From contig JYFJ02004146.1 in NCBI GenBank assembly GCA_000934665.2, positions 1 to 34,364 on the forward strand: a DNA stretch of 34,364 bases. The letters run 5' to 3'. A model generated the notes under the pieces. The model ran no database searches. It worked only from the letters and a program-made list of their open reading frames with translations, and was not told where the DNA came from. Source of the DNA: Catajapyx aquilonaris (Eukaryota). The position numbers were made by a program, and so were the translations under genes. This document shows, piece after piece, positions 12,901-25,189 of this stretch (within the stretch, counting starts at the first letter, position 1; every line of letters begins with the position of its first letter).

Positions 12901-13728
12901 GCATCGAGAGAGGGTGACGGACTTGCAGCTGGATCCATGGATGATTGTGGCTGGCCGCGTGGGTTAGCAGCAGAAAAGGTCCTAAACGTGGCCTAATGAG
13001 AGACCCACAAGAACCGCCTTAATCCCATTGGTTCCGCCGCCTTTTCACGCCCGCCTTTGCCTCAGGATGGATGCTGTATACAGCTGCAGCCCTTTTCTCT
13101 TCCTTTCCAACTTCACCTCTCAGCGAAATGTCACGTCCAATATTGCGTGTGGTGAAATCAGCCATGCAAGTCGTATTATTGTAATGAAGCAAGAAGGTGC
13201 GCGGTCACGTCACCTCCTATCATCCTAATATCGACGTCTACCCTGCATGAACAATTGACAACTCATATACACACACCCCTCCCTCCCCCACAGAGCTATA
13301 GAGTGATGCACCTGATTTCAAAAGTAATCGCACCATCTCCAACAGGTAACAAGCTTTCACAATTGAATTTAGAGTGAGGTTGCCATAGGTTTCGAGATGA
13401 CGCGTGAGGTCATCCGAACATTGCGAATAACGTCGTCGTCGACGTCGTCGATATTAGGCGGTGCTTGAGGGCGGTGGCGCATGCGTGGGTTTGCGGAGGA
13501 CGGGCAGGCTGCGATCCGGATTGGGGTTAGAGGCAGGGGTCGGGGGTTGAGGGCCTCTGATTGGGGGGCTGTTGCTGCAACCAAGAGGTTACTTTACCAG
13601 CAGCAGCCGCGGACAGAGAGGCCGCGTGTCCCGACGACGCTCGGCAGTTTGACCAAGGGCGACAATGACCCGGACGGCTGCCGGACACGTGCGGTGAAGA
13701 GCTAATCACACGCAATGTGCGGCAGGTG
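6979..13728. promoter_or_regulatory. Putative Ptf1a upstream cis-regulatory region rich in E-boxes, with Su(H)/RBPJ-type sites
   Basis: About 21 CAGSTG/CACCTG hexamers counted by eye. YGTGRGAA sites at 9660-9667, 11857-11864 and 12252-12259 (minus strand). No credible long ORF in the region. Confidence 0.45.
7753..7808. repeat. Perfect 56-bp palindrome with no spacer
   Basis: TGAATTTATTCCAAAGCGACTGAAATCA|TGATTTCAGTCGCTTTGGAATAAATTCA. Confidence 0.95.
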
Positions 13729-13915
13729 CTGCTTGTGAAGGTGCGCACGGGAGGTTCAAAAGGGTCGTCCGACCTTATCATCTCCTGGACAAGTACATCG
13801 AGGAAACAAGGAGGGCAAGATTGCCCCCGCAGCAGCTAGACCCCCTCCTCCCCCTCCTCCCCCGCCCCTGGTCCCCACCCCCGCCCCCTTGTCCCCTGCC
13901 CCTGCACCACCACCC

Positions 13916-16900
13916 ATGTTCAGCATGGAGAATCTGAACGTCGACCTGGATGCTGTCAGCCGACACTTCCTGGAGAGTCCAGGGTTCGACTTCGCCGACG
14001 CCTCTTCTCTCTACGACGCCTCTAGTCCCTCAGACGACGGATCGCCCTATTCTGCACACAGTGATCAGGTGTGTCTCCTTCTTCACCTACTTTCTCTGTC
14101 GTTAGTGGTGAAAGAAATTATTGTCCGAGTCATTTACAATGTGTTCCTTATAATGCGAAACCTATCTCCCTCTTTTTTAGTCAAATACGTAGCTATATTT
14201 TTCAAGTTACAATTATTTTACTGTGCATATAGTGTACGTATAAGTTAAAATACAGGCTGCAAGTGCTTTCAAACAGTAGGCAAATTCTTACCTGAAAAGC
14301 TTCTGGCCACACTATAGGCCACAGATCTTGCGGACCACGATCCAGAGTGAATCTTGCATAATTACGTGCATTATAGAGTGGCACAGTATGCTCAGTTATT
14401 TGTATACGAAAATGTAGCGGAGAGGCAGTCTCTAGAAATGGTACTATATTATTATTTCTGTAAACAATCAGGCAGGCTTTTAAAATGCCTCTAGGATGTT
14501 TTTTAATCATTAGGCTATCCGGTTATTTTTATTCGCTCATGTTATTCTGTAGAGCGTATGCAAATTCATTTTTCAAAAATGTAAATGTACAGTATCAGCA
14601 GCAAGGGAGAGGGGTAACATGCCTATCATACTGGTACAGCATATGATTACATGCCCTGCTTGCATCATGACTAATAGAGTCCGGATTTTTTAGGCGCGAA
14701 AAAACCCTGAAATAGGCACTTTTTAGTTTTGCGGGCATATGGAGGATAATGTTACAGAAAATCAAAAGAGAGAAATCTAGGTAAAGTTTCATTAAGCTAA
14801 CCACATTGTTATTTTATACAGTACCTGGCCCTGGTCAATATCCACTACCTCTTGCATAACGGGAAGGGACAGTATGGCTGTTCCTTTACATATTTCTATA
14901 AGGTCAAAGTAAGACATCATTTATATATCTGGGAAGGCTCGTCATCTTGTCAATGATATCGGGAATATCCTGATGGCAGTGGATGTGCATCAGTACAGAA
15001 GAACAGCCAAGTCTCGACCCAAGTAATACACAAGTTACAGAGCTTAAGGGTGGAATAAAGGTCCCGGCGCTTATGGAGGTTGACATGTTAAATGTCGGGC
15101 CTAATAACTCCATAATTACTGAACAGAATGACATGCCATTTTTGACACAACACGACACAACACGACACAACAACCCTTGTCACGGCTATGTTGAGCGATA
15201 TTGCTCATTTGGTCCTTATTCTTCACAGGACATTATTTCCTCACATGCCTTCAAATCCCTCTAAGTTTCGTGGTTTTCATAATGAACTGAATTCCTAAAA
15301 CAGGTTTCGCTGAACATAGCCGTGACAAGGGTTGTTGTGTCGTGTTGTGTCAAAAATTTCATGTCATTCTGTTCAGTAATTACGGAGTTATTAGGCCCGA
15401 CATTTAACATGTCAACCTCCATAAGCGCCGGGACCTTTATCCCACCCTTAATATGTCATTAAAGTCAATTCACCAATATTCATTATGGAAGGAAAGGAAC
15501 ATTTAGTTTTACTGCTGTGTATAGGACTTCTATACGGAGTCATTAAGAACTCCAGGTGTCGCAAGTTCCAGAAAGCATCTACTGTTGTAGTCCCAAAGTA
15601 GAGGCAATAATTGAGTTCCATCGGCGCAAATGATGAATATTAATTTTTGCGTTTTTCCATGACATTGCCTTTCTTCCTGTCACATTGGTCTTTTAAAAGT
15701 TCAGTAGCTTTCTATCTTGCTTATTTCCTACCCATTATTCTTAATCTAAAACAAAGCAGAATTTGCCCTCATTTTAATACATGGCGTGACATGGCTTACT
15801 CTGATAACATTACACCCTAGATGCATGAAAATATTTGGCCAAAGACATAGGGATAATAAAAGGAACGGTATTGCAAATGTAAAAAAAAAATTTGTCGCGT
15901 AACAAACAGGCCGGCGCCATCCCTTTCCTGTTGATTCATGAGATGCGGTAAATGGGGTTCATACCAAGGCAATGTGTGGAGTATCCTGGCAGGTATGGAA
16001 CCCTTTGCGCAAGTCTGCCTTTATAAATAAATAAAAAACCTCTTTACTATCGACTACAAGTATATAGGTAATTCGAAACCATAATGAGCCCGCATCAGTT
16101 CAATGTTCAGCCACTTTGGTTTGTGCTATTGTGAGCACTGCAGCCTAAAATCATATCTTGAACATGAACAGTTTTGTTCACAATAACACGCTCCAGCACG
16201 TCATAATTTTGGTGTTTTTATTAACTTCGTGCAGGAGAACTCTGGTCGTTCGTCCAGACGGAAAAGACGTCGCTGTCCCCAACAACAACTGCAGCAAAGG
16301 CAAGCGGCCAACCTTCGCGAAAGGAAGCGCATGCAGAGCATCAACGATGCCTTCGAAGGCCTCCGGGCACACATCCCTACTCTACCCTACGAGAAGAGAC
16401 TCTCCAAGGTACCTTACTTTCCTTCTTATTCGACACATAATTTTGCATAATACCCATTTGCAAATTCATGCAAAGCCACACTATGCACAGCTTGGGTTAC
16501 AATTAAGGGTGGCAATGCTTAATTTGAAGATAATGTGGAATAATGGTGGTTCTCGGTGCTTGTCCCTTTTCTGGTGGGAAAGGTGGACACGCTGAGGTTG
16601 GCTATTGGATACATCAACTTCCTGACCGAGCTGGTCAGGAATGACCGGGGGCCGGGGGAAGGGCTGCACGGGCCCAGCCAGGAACCTCCCAAGAAGATTG
16701 TCATCCAGTGTCACAGAGGTCAGTTAACAATATGTCATTTCAGATTTAATTCTTTTAAACAAAAAATTTAATATTTCGTAGCATCGTAGGATTAATATTT
16801 GGAGTAACTCTGTGCGACGTAACGTACAATTTCATCCAATTTGCACCAGCTACGTAATAAATTATTATTGAACATCTAATACACCTTAACGGTAATGCAC

Positions 16901-17612
16901 ACTATGCTGATTAGGTAACCGACCAGGTGTCCCCAAGCAACCACAGTCTGCATAACTCAATGCACATGCACAATGCACGCCCGAATCTGCACCCCAGCAT
17001 CCACCCCTCCGTGCAAATCATCATTATTATTCTTCTCCCCAACCAACCCTTGCCCCACTTTGATGCTGCTGGCACTGGTTCCAGAGAGGGAAACTCCCCC
17101 ACCCAATAGCCATTTAAGCATTACCAAAGAACTGATAATAAGACATACATGCTCCCCATTCATTTATTCAGTTCAACTGAGGATGTGCGAATTTGGGTAT
17201 ATCCACTGCAGCAGGTCTTTTCATTATTGGTAGTACGAGTATTTCGTCGTGGTACTGTTTCCTGTAGCCATACTGTGTGCATATTCATCGTGATATTATT
17301 AATAACATATAATTATTACTATGGTACACGAATTGTTTTTTGTAGTAAGCTATGAGTTATTCATATTGTTCCTTTTCTCGCACATTGACTGTGGGATATA
17401 GTCTTGCTGGCTGAGTATTCATGTACGGAGGACGGTGTCTGCTCTTTGCAGGAATGAGTGGTGACTTCGGGTCTTGGACGGGTCATTCTCTGTCGTGGTC
17501 GAGTGAGAAGGAAAACGGCGCCACAGGTACGATGTTCGCCAAAGTGTGGACTCCAGAGGATCCCAGGTCGAATAAGCCGGGCTTTCCCCCACCGCCGAAT
17601 CCCGAACACTAA
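13916..17612 (+). CDS. ptf1a: Pancreas transcription factor 1 subunit alpha (Ptf1a / Fer1-type bHLH), ~207 aa, 4 coding exons
   Basis: Exons 13916-14068 ([21 protein letters not shown]...SDQ), 16235-16408 ([37 protein letters not shown]), 16583-16718 ([14 protein letters not shown]...KKIVIQCHR), 17452-17612 (GHSLSW...[13 protein letters not shown]). All GT-AG, phases 0/0/1. The bHLH plus C1 (HSLSW) and C2 (VWTPEDPR) motifs are diagnostic of PTF1A. AATAAA at 17873 and 17952. Confidence 0.95.
15048..15447. mobile_element. 400-bp MITE with ~140-150-bp TIRs and TTAA TSD (Kolobok-like) in Ptf1a intron 1
   Basis: TTAA at 15044-15047 and 15448-15451. Termini GGGTGG(A/G)ATAAAGGTCCCGGCGC...GCGCCGGGACCTTTATCCCACCC. 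Purine 5' ends with TTAA TSD fit Kolobok rather than piggyBac (CCY ends). Confidence 0.85.
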
Positions 17613-20100
17613 TATAGATAATGATCATGATATGTTGTAAAATAACCCTATAGATATCCTGTTCCGCAAATATTTTCCGCCTCATTTATTGTCAGAAAAT
17701 ATATTTTATTGGCCAGTTCTGGCACATTGTGATCCTGAGTTGTAACTTTCCGATTTGACCAAATGAGTCAGAGAAGCGTAGGAAATTAATCGAGAAACCG
17801 GGATTATACGAGTATTTTTATGTTGCCCGAAAAGTAACGCGTTATTTATCAATTTACAGTCTATTCGTTGTAAATAAAATACTATAGCCTATACAAGAAC
17901 GACGACGCGTTCATACTATAGAAACTCAGTGGTTTATTGATTCTATTTGCCAATAAAATCGGAACAGATTCTCACATTTTGTTCCCTTCTAATTCATAAA
18001 CTTATAGACAGCATATGAATCATATGAATGACATAAATTCAGTTTGTTCAGCGCCATTTCGGTTGCGTGTAACCATATGTCATTGCGACGTTATTAATTA
18101 CAATGCTCTGGAATGTCGGACCCCAGCACTATAACTTCAAATATTCGCCATTGCGACGAATTCTCAATGGGTGGCAAGCGGGAGGAAGGGCTTTATCGAG
18201 CGAGACCGCCATTTTGTTTCCTGGCTCTTTACCAACTCTTACTTTCTCTGATTCTCGCGTAATTTGTGCATAAACAGGGTACAATGAGGTATCTAGTCAT
18301 AGGTCATGATGACTTTGTGTCCAAGGCTAGGGTTATTTTATGGCATACTGATATTATCTCATTTTCTTGTACATACATTCTTAATAAAATTACTGATTGT
18401 ATATTTATCATGTGGAAATAAAATGTCCAAAATATTATTTATTCAGCAACAGTCATTCAAGCATACCAGAAAGAGGATCTGGAGCAAAATTCCAGCGTAG
18501 TGTATGTATAACCCTGAATTTTCAAATGCCTGCTAAAGTCGCCAATGCCATATTTGCAATTCAGTCATAATTAATCAATCTGGATGAACATGTAGGTTTC
18601 GGAATACAAATCCATTCTTGCACACGTAATAAGCATTTGTGGATATGACCACTGTTAATCATTCAACTTGACTACATCCTGACCGACCTTGACATTTTGC
18701 ATTTATTCAGTAATTCTTTCGCTGTACGTCACTGACTCACGGTACTCAATCTTTACATCTTTATTGACGAAGGGGACAGATATAGGTCTTGAAATATATA
18801 TTAGATTTGCTTATTATTTCCCACGAGTTCAGCTACCTTTATATTTCTGGAATGCACATAAGTACTGCACTGCTGTGGCTTGGCCCAACCTTATTGTCTA
18901 TCCAAAAATAAAATGCTCCTCAAATATCATTATGCTGGCAGTATATATACACAGTATGCCTGATCTACGCAGCAGCATTTCAAATACCTGTCTCTCTATA
19001 TCAAATCCAAATCTGTAAATCACCCTCTTAACAATGCAAACTTGCATAACTCAACCAGAAAATACATATGGCATATACGGAAATCCTTGTTGGGGGTATC
19101 TGGTATAATGCACTGCACGGAAGTGGTCGATTTTTGCTCAGTTCCCCCACCATGCCCCATCCTCCCAGAATATACTGTATGTAGTATATTCTGTGTTATA
19201 GTGCTGGCCTAAACCCCCTCCATTCCCTCCACTTCCTCCCTCCCAATGCAGGCAGGCAGCCATCAGAAACAACCTTCCATGGAAACGCTGCGCCAGGTGC
19301 CCGCGTTCCCAAGGGACTTCGTCAATACATGGGATGCTTCACGATGATAGGCTGCTTGCTGCTTTCGCCACCGGATTACTTACTTACTGTCTTTGCCGCG
19401 GCAGCAGCAGAGAGATAGGACCGGAGGCAGTGGGGAGGACACACTTTTTTTCTGTCTTGATGATGGTCTAAAAGCGCGGAACAAACACAGGAAAGCTTTC
19501 ATGTGCAAGCTGGCGTGTGTGTATTGTTGCCGCAAGCTCAGAGCTGATACGAGCAGAGCTCAGTGATATATATATTCCCTCCATCAACTCGCATGGAGGG
19601 ACACGTACTGTACTGTATATAATATACCTATACCTGGTTATTTGATACCTGTGTGTTAAACTGTCAATTATTTAAGTAATAAGGCTTCGGAACCTTTTCC
19701 CATGATGTGCAAATGTAGCATAATAAAGCGGGCGATATGTTTTCTCAACGAGGTGTTTGAAAATTCCAAGTGCTGCTTGATTTGCCCTGCCCTGTTCATA
19801 TAGACTTTGGGACGTCAAGCGCCAATATTATAGCACTTGTAAGAAAGAATCATTCCCGCCCACCTATACAACCACCGCTCCCCCAACTGGCGTCTAAAAT
19901 CAATTTCTGCCATCGGCATTCAAAGAGTGACAACACTATAGCCTTCGATGGTCCTGATGCTTTATCTGCTCTATGTATATACAGTACACCACTCACTGGT
20001 GGAACAAGGGTTTCAGAGAGCATTCCACTCTGGTAATAGTGCTGTATAATTAATTGGTAATTCAATAGTATATAGAAATCTACATGATAATGTGATCTTT

Positions 20101-20171
20101 TCGTAACATTATACGGTACGTGAATTGAGTTTTGCGTAACTCGAGGCTACGTAAGTCGGAGGTTGCCTGTA
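20101..20171. mobile_element. Possible solo Tigger/pogo-type terminal fragment
   Basis: Repeated CGTAAC/CGTAAG motifs ending CGTAAGTCGGAGGTTGCCTG-TA. Partner TIR not found. Confidence 0.3.
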
Positions 20172-20775
20172 CAGTACCTTACAGGCAACGATTCACATTG
20201 TTGGTGGCATATTCGACAGAAACACTTTAATATGAGCCTGTTAATTTTGAAATAAGAGTACGGCATATCCTATACTTGTATAGCAGTATAGGCTACTGTA
20301 TACTGTAACTTCTGCCTATATTGCCTATATTGCTAAGGCTCTAATAAGGATAGTCACTATATACAGCTCAGTGCGCTGAACTCAAGCCGGAACTAACTTA
20401 TTCACATTGCTGATAAAAATAATTGCCTCCATAGAGTGCATTGACGCCCCTTATTATAGAATGGCCGCATATTTCCGACTAATTGCTGGGACGTGTAACG
20501 GGCAGCCCATGCAAGGGGCTTACATCACAATCGTATACGATAAGTTTCGTTTCTTTTATCATCAGGGTGATTTTATAGTTTCGCTCTCTTTCCCACGCTT
20601 ATCTACTGTAGTAGCCAAGCCCTTATTGATGCGACGATGCTACACTAATCACGAAGGCCATAATAATCCTACATACAACCTGACCAAAACCCAGAGGAGT
20701 TGTGCAGTATTCATTAACAACTCGGAAATATAGGGATCCACATTAGAAGTCGTCTTCCTCATAATCTTTTATGAA

Positions 20776-21072
20776 ACCGAAGCAGTTTGGAGTAAGGGAT
20801 ATGGTGTCCGACTGCTAATCGGGAGGTCCTGGGATCAAATCCCGGGGCCGGCAACTCTGACCGTGGATTTATGTGGTTTCCCACGGTCCTTCCAGGAAAA
20901 TTCCGGAGTTGCTTCCGTAATTAATAGGCCACAGCCGCTTCCTTCCGTCCCTATCCTATCCCAAAAAGCGCGGTAAAATGAAAGCAAAGAGTTCCAGGAA
21001 AAACAAAACTTCCCCCCTAAAGAGCCGACGATGGCTGATAACGGGGTATGAATTATTAATTATTATTATCAT
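20776..21072 (+). mobile_element. tRNA-derived SINE, copy 1
   Basis: tRNA-like head (GACTGCTAATC, B-box-like GGATCAAATCCC), central core, (ATT)-type tail. 14-bp TSD TAATCTTTTA(T/G)GAA at 20762-20775 and 21073-21086. Near-identical to 33628-33926. Confidence 0.9.
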
Positions 21073-21543
21073 TAATCTTTTAGGAATCCTTTTAAAAGTA
21101 AAATCCCAAACCTTGTTCGCTGTAGAGTGTCAACCATAACTACAGCATATATGGTATAAGATGTGTTATACGAATTATAGTCTAGACTAGACTAATTCCT
21201 GTGAACAAAAAAAATCGAGCAAAATATTACGCGGTCTGCAACATTTTAGTTGTTTTCACCCTACTGCGGGCCACTTCATAATCAGAAATACAGGCCAGAA
21301 AGTCAATAAAAAATCATAGCCCATGACAATAAGCAATGCGCACGAGAAGCTATCCTATACAGACTAGGCATCCCTCCCGGCAGGCCGTGCCTTAGAAGAA
21401 ACTCCTATCAAAATTCAAACATGACAAACCCTTTAACTAACCGTTAACATCTAACTGCAGTTTGATCAAGTTTGTCGGGACAACACTAATAAGTACAGTT
21501 AGCTCTATAATTATTTTAAAAAGTAGGAGACTATAGTGACTAG

Positions 21544-21670
21544 GGGCCGGTTTCACCGAGCTTGGTATATGATAAAACCAGGTTTCTTTAGGAATATCCC
21601 ATACAAATAGATAGGGATTTTGAGAAAGAAACCTGGTTTTATCATATACCGAGCTCGGTGAAACTGGCCC
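21544..21670. mobile_element. 127-bp PIF/Harbinger-like MITE
   Basis: ~45-bp TIRs GGGCC(G/A)GTTTCACCGAGCT..., flanked by 3-bp TAG on both sides (21541-21543, 21671-21673). Confidence 0.8.
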
Positions 21671-21755
21671 TAGGTGACTAGGAGATGAAGCCGACGTCCG
21701 AAGCACGTGCGTTTATATTGAGGGTTCATAGGGAACGCGGCGAGTGTGGCAGCAG

Positions 21756-21766
21756 TGCGCAGGCGC
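21756..21766 (+). promoter_or_regulatory. NRF1/Ewg-like motif in a CpG-rich patch; candidate SERHL-locus promoter element
   Basis: TGCGCAGGCGC matches the NRF1 consensus. It would lie ~120 bp upstream of ATG 23677 if the foldback insertion is removed. Confidence 0.35.
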
Positions 21767-22229
21767 CGATCAGAGTCTAGAGTCCCGGCACGTTGTGATC
21801 TTCCTTGCTTGAAGCAAGGCTTTTTCTAACCAGGTTCCGTCATCTAATGTAAATCGTCTGGCACGCTTCCGTTGCACGCCGCTAGAGGCGCTGATGCCAG
21901 CCGCGGGGGGAAACTGCCGCTCACCGCTATGCATATGCTTACGTTTTCATTTAATATTTGCATGCAAAAAATGTATACGTTGAATCCGGATATAACATCC
22001 TCGGCTACAACCGATCCTTGGTTATAGCAGACTGGTCCCGCCATACTCACGCACTCTATGACCTGTGTATTTAGCTACAACAGACTCGGTTTATTACAGC
22101 AGACTGATTATATTTGAGCGGTTTTTTGATATCCGAGTCTTATGTAGTTTTTTTCGGGCAATGATTAAAGACCGTTATTGGAAATATCATCCCCTAAAAG
22201 ACTCAAGGAGCCATAACGCGAGGTATCCA

Positions 22230-22257
22230 TTATTATTATCGTTTATTATTATTATCG

Positions 22258-22311
<54 letters not shown>

Positions 22312-22429
22312 TTTGTTGTTGTTGTTTAATATTATCATTATTATTATTATTATTAGTATTAGTATTTTTGTTGTTGTTTATTATTATTAGTATTATTATT
22401 ATTATTAGTAGTAGTAGTAGTGTTTTTTG

Positions 22430-22471
<42 letters not shown>

Positions 22472-22545
22472 TTTGCTGTTGCTGTTGTTGTTGTTGTTGT
22501 TGTTTATTATTATTATTAATGTTGTTGTTGTTGTTGTTGTTGTTA
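22230..22545. repeat. Compound (ATT)n/(GTT)n microsatellite
   Basis: Directly visible, inside the left arm of the foldback element. Confidence 0.95.
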
Positions 22546-22948
22546 GCACAAGTGGTTACCAGACGTCCCGGATTGTCCGGGACTGTCCGGAATATCCACC
22601 CACTGTCCCGGATTCTTTCAGGGGTCATTCGGGATACCAATTTGTCCCGGATTACGCCAAATTGTCACGGTTATAGCAGGGCTATGTTAGTATACAGTAG
22701 TATATGACTGTAACAGTACAACATTTGATTACTCTCCGGTCAGCCAGCGACTTGAATGATGTATCTGGGACGGCCCAAACCAGTAGCCTATAACATCTCA
22801 TTACAGTGGCAAAAATAAGTAGTTATATAAAATATAATGGTACACCTGCGATGGTCTCCACTAAGGGTCTCCATCATCACCGACAGATCACCTCTTATTG
22901 TTTGCTACCCTAATAAAAAGGTCCAATAAAGCATATCATGGGATATCC

Positions 22949-23193
<245 letters not shown>

Positions 23194-23676
23194 TGGATAC
23201 CTCGCGATATGGCTCCTAGAGTCTTTTAGGGGATGATATTTCCAATAACGGTTTATCATTGCCCGAAAAAAACCACGTAAGACTCGGATATAAAAAAAAC
23301 CGCGCAAATCAGTCTGCTGTAATAAACCGAGTCTGTTGTAGCTAAATACACAGGTCATAGAGTACGTGAGTATGGCGGGACCAGTCTGCTATAACCAAGG
23401 ATCGGTTGTAGCCGAGGATGTTATATCCGGATTCAACGTATACATTTTTTGCATGCAAATATTAAATGAAAACGTAAGCATATGCATAGCGGTGAGCGGC
23501 AGTTTCCCCCCGCGGCTGGCATCAGCGCCTCTAGCGGCGTGCAACGGAAGCGTGCCAGACGATTTACATTAGATGACGGAACCTGGTTAGAAAAAGCCTT
23601 GCTTGAAGCTTCGAAGGCCGTTCGTTCTTCCACTTGCTGTATGCTGTTATTAGAGCTCTGGTTGACCTTCTTTTCT

Positions 23677-23776
23677 ATGCTGCCACAGCTGAGGAGAGGT
23701 TTCCTCCGACTGATCCTCCCAGTCAAGCCACTCAGGCGGTACGTCCACGGCACCATGGCCACCAGGACAGAACCAG
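23677..23776 (+). CDS. Putative shared first coding exon of the SERHL locus encoding a mitochondrial-presequence-like peptide
   Basis: MLPQLRRGFLRLILPVKPLRRYVHGTMATRTEP followed by CCAG|GTGGAT (phase 1). In-frame second ATG caccATGG at 23755. Phase matches acceptors at 25200 and 28932. Confidence 0.6.
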
Positions 23777-25189
23777 GTGGATACTAAGGCCCAGGGTCTA
23801 TATTCTCTGTGTCAGCTGGTATACAGACACAGTCTGTAAATGTGCACAGGATCTGACCGGTGAATACTTAAAATATGTGTCTTTACTAGGGCAACACCAG
23901 GGAGAAATAATTGGCAGAAATAGTTTTCTAAAGAAAACACGTTAAATTACCATTACAGTAGGTTTCTTCTTAATGGCAACAGTCCGAAGTCCCAAGGAGG
24001 CATTTTTTTTTTCTGGTTGAACTTGTAGAATTTCTGTATTCATTGGTCAGTTCATCTGCACATTTACCAAATTAGTTAATAAGCCAACAGAAGGATTCGA
24101 ATAATGTTTGACTGCCATTTATCATGTGATGGTTGGTTGATTGAAAGGATGCTACTGGACAGATTATACGTTATTGAGAAGTAATAATGTTGCATTTAAT
24201 TTTCAGATTTGCACACAATGATGTGTTCGCACATAATTTGAATAATTGCTAAATATTGCTGGGGATCAAAACAAGCTGTTGTCAATTATTGCATTTCACA
24301 CTTGTACGTGAAGATTTGGTAATATTTGCACTCTCATTAATACGGTCATAATAAGCAGCAGGTTGTGAGAACAATGTGCAACATTTGAAGAAGGATAAAT
24401 ACAAAGTGTGCGTCTTGTCTCATGTGCTGTCCATTCACATGTGAATGCATTTGGGACTCATGGAGTGAGTATCCACCCAAACAGTTCAAAATCATTGAAG
24501 AGGCTGCTCCCTGTAAACAAAACATAAGGATATTGTAGCTGCCTGAACAACTTAAAGCTCTTTGGGAGCAAGTGATACGTCCTGCTCTGTGAGTCCCAAA
24601 TTTGTCAATTTTATGTGAATGTGCCGTAAGGCATAGTTTAGGCTGCATTAAACGACATGGTAACAGGACAAGTGATGAGTCTTTGCGATAAAGATGGCAT
24701 AAGAGAGGTCAGCAGTCAGAGAGTAAGTTGTTGGACCAGATTTCTACCTTCAAAATGTTGTTACTCCCTGTCCACCCATGCCATTATTTGTCATATTACG
24801 TCATTGCTCATACTTCACATCTGATCAGGTCACTCACTTCTCAGTAGAAACCCCACCTAAGCAAAGGACTTTGTGGCTATCTGTATTTAGACTATTATTG
24901 CTCTGCCTAATTGCCTACTAGCATTTTGGCCTCATCTCATATCAATAGCTAAAGAACTTCATCCATTCCTGCACCAATTTTCATTTGGAAACCATTGTGT
25001 GTTTATGGGAATACTGACGAGTTCCCAGATGAAAATAGGTGCTGGAGTGGACAAAAGTCACCTTCCTACAGGTAGAACATTCCATCTACATATTGTGGGG
25101 AATGCTTGATGGATATATTTGTAGTGCTAGATCCTAATTGCAAGAAATGCCAAACATTTTGTGTCACTTAACTCACTGCCTTTAAATTG

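Noticed and set aside
16915..17109. His/Pro-rich stretch in Ptf1a intron 3 as an alternative exon
   Set aside because: Phase-1 entry at the available AGs hits a stop within ~13 codons, and the acceptors lack a pyrimidine tract; unsupported without transcripts.
19250..19605. GC-richer patch with TGATGA...CTGA, a small TCCCTCCAT/ATGGAGGGA hairpin and a minus-strand GTAAGT
   Set aside because: No terminal stem or recognisable rRNA guide for a C/D snoRNA, and no coherent ORF.
20776..20850. tRNA gene at the SINE heads
   Set aside because: No proper acceptor stem, degenerate B box, and the sequence continues into a SINE body with tail and TSDs.
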